DNA from: Clostridiales bacterium
GTDB lineage: Bacteria; Bacillota; Clostridia; Oscillospirales; Acutalibacteraceae
Assembly (NCBI GenBank): GCA_019421725.1
Contig: JAHZES010000004.1
Location: 1-25,387, forward strand
Direction of reading: 5' to 3'
DNA length: 25,387 nt
The notes under the pieces were generated by a model. The model was not told the DNA's origin, ran no database searches, and saw nothing but the letters and a program-made list of their open reading frames with translations. The position numbers and the translations under genes are program-made. Below, in pieces: positions 24,371 to 25,387 of this stretch (positions are counted from its first letter, which is position 1; each line of letters starts with the position of its first letter).

Positions 24371-25384
24371 TTACCTTGTTGTTTGGCAAGCCTGCCATTC
24401 ATCCCATTCCGCCGCAAAACCGGGGCGATCAAAGGGGATTTGTGTTTGAATACACAGCGAGCCGTTTTCGGAATCCACTGCGTGCAGCGTTACGGAGCAG
24501 GAACGCTCGTTAGCAGACAGAAGCATTGCTTCGTCTTTTGTAAATTCCAGATGACGCGGCCAATGGCCTCCGCATGGGTACTGTGCGGTCTGTTCCAGCG
24601 TACCGTCGGAGGCAGCAGAAAACAGGGCGATGGTGTCTGCTCCGCGGTTCGCCGCATATAACCGCTTGCCATTCCGTGTAACCAACAGTGCGGAACCGAA
24701 GCTTTCTCCTCGGAATCCTTGCGGAAGGGTCGAAACAGCTTGTTTCAGCTGTAGCTCACCGGACTCTGCCGCATAATCCAGCGCAAAAATTTCATTGGAA
24801 TATTCTGTGATCACATACAACGTATGGCCTGCGGGGTGAAATTTAAGGTGCCGGGGCCCGCTGCCCTGCGGAAATTGAAAAAAGGGCAGCTCTCTGTTTG
24901 CGTCAAAAGAACCGTCCGCCGCGACACGGGAAATGTAAACTCTATCCTGATCGATCGCTGCCGTCAGCAGAAAACGGCCGTCCGGCGATAAAATGCAGCA
25001 GTGCGCACGCGGTGTCCCCGGTTCATTTAGCCCGAGTATTCTGTCAGTACGAACATCTTCAAAACCGTTGTGTCCGACAGAAAGCGCAACCACCTGCCCA
25101 TTACCGTAGCAGCTGCCATACAGCACTTTTGTTTGTTCACAAAAACAAAGATGGCACAGCGCTGCGCCGGAAATTTGCAGACGGTCGGTTTCCCGCAGCT
25201 CCCGGTCAAGGCAGACAAACGCGCTCGCGTCATTCCCTTCAAATACGGTAAAGACGCCGTTTTTTTGCGGCACACAAAATGTAGCCCGCAAAATCGGCGC
25301 CGCTTTCAGCTTTTGTACGGAACCGTCGTCCTCTAATAGATAACAGGCAATCTCGGTATCTCCTGAAATCAGCAGTTCTTTCAA
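24371..25384 (-). CDS. Lactonase family beta-propeller (6-phosphogluconolactonase Pgl/YkgB-like); may extend past the window edge
   Basis: RAHC...SPDGRF, GSGPRHLKFHP, YVITEYSN, LYAANRG and GHWPRH repeats. Confidence 0.88.
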   Translation of the reverse strand: MKELLISGDTEIACYLLEDDGSVQKLKAAPILRATFCVPQKNGVFTVFEGNDASAFVCLDRELRETDRLQISGAALCHLCFCEQTKVLYGSCYGNGQVVALSVGHNGFEDVRTDRILGLNEPGTPRAHCCILSPDGRFLLTAAIDQDRVYISRVAADGSFDANRELPFFQFPQGSGPRHLKFHPAGHTLYVITEYSNEIFALDYAAESGELQLKQAVSTLPQGFRGESFGSALLVTRNGKRLYAANRGADTIALFSAASDGTLEQTAQYPCGGHWPRHLEFTKDEAMLLSANERSCSVTLHAVDSENGSLCIQTQIPFDRPGFAAEWDEWQACQTTR

Positions 25385-25387
25385 TTT

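Noticed and set aside
1..25387. Genome-wide TAG reassignment as an established feature
   Set aside because: There is only one internal TAG among 29 genes and two genes end plausibly at TAG. That is not enough to claim recoding, so it is kept only as a hypothesis in the findings.

Overview
A conserved Firmicutes housekeeping and sporulation region. Gene content and protein style suggest Clostridia, probably Oscillospiraceae/Ruminococcaceae-like (inference). Almost all genes are on the minus strand. In transcription order (right to left): lactonase/Pgl-family protein; M50 site-2 protease-scpA-scpB-ytfI(frameshifted)-ytfJ-dacB-rluB-hypothetical; a three-gene biotin-dependent carboxyltransferase cluster (12S-like CT, biotin carrier, 5S/OadA-like) with a Rex-like operator over its promoter; yicC-remA-gmk-rpoZ-priA-def-fmt-Zn peptidase-rsmB-rlmN-PP2C phosphatase-prkC-rsgA-thiN; a 55-aa Cys-rich membrane microprotein; and spoVM, which the ORF track misses. 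The only plus-strand gene I accept is a locally orphan BceR/GraR-like response regulator. No rRNA, tRNA, CRISPR or mobile element was seen. The main anomalies are one in-frame TAG in the otherwise intact PrpC/Stp phosphatase, a frameshift in ytfI, the transcarboxylase-like cluster with a shortened CT subunit, and the microprotein-spoVM pair. All product calls come from motif recognition and synteny by eye; no database searches were run.
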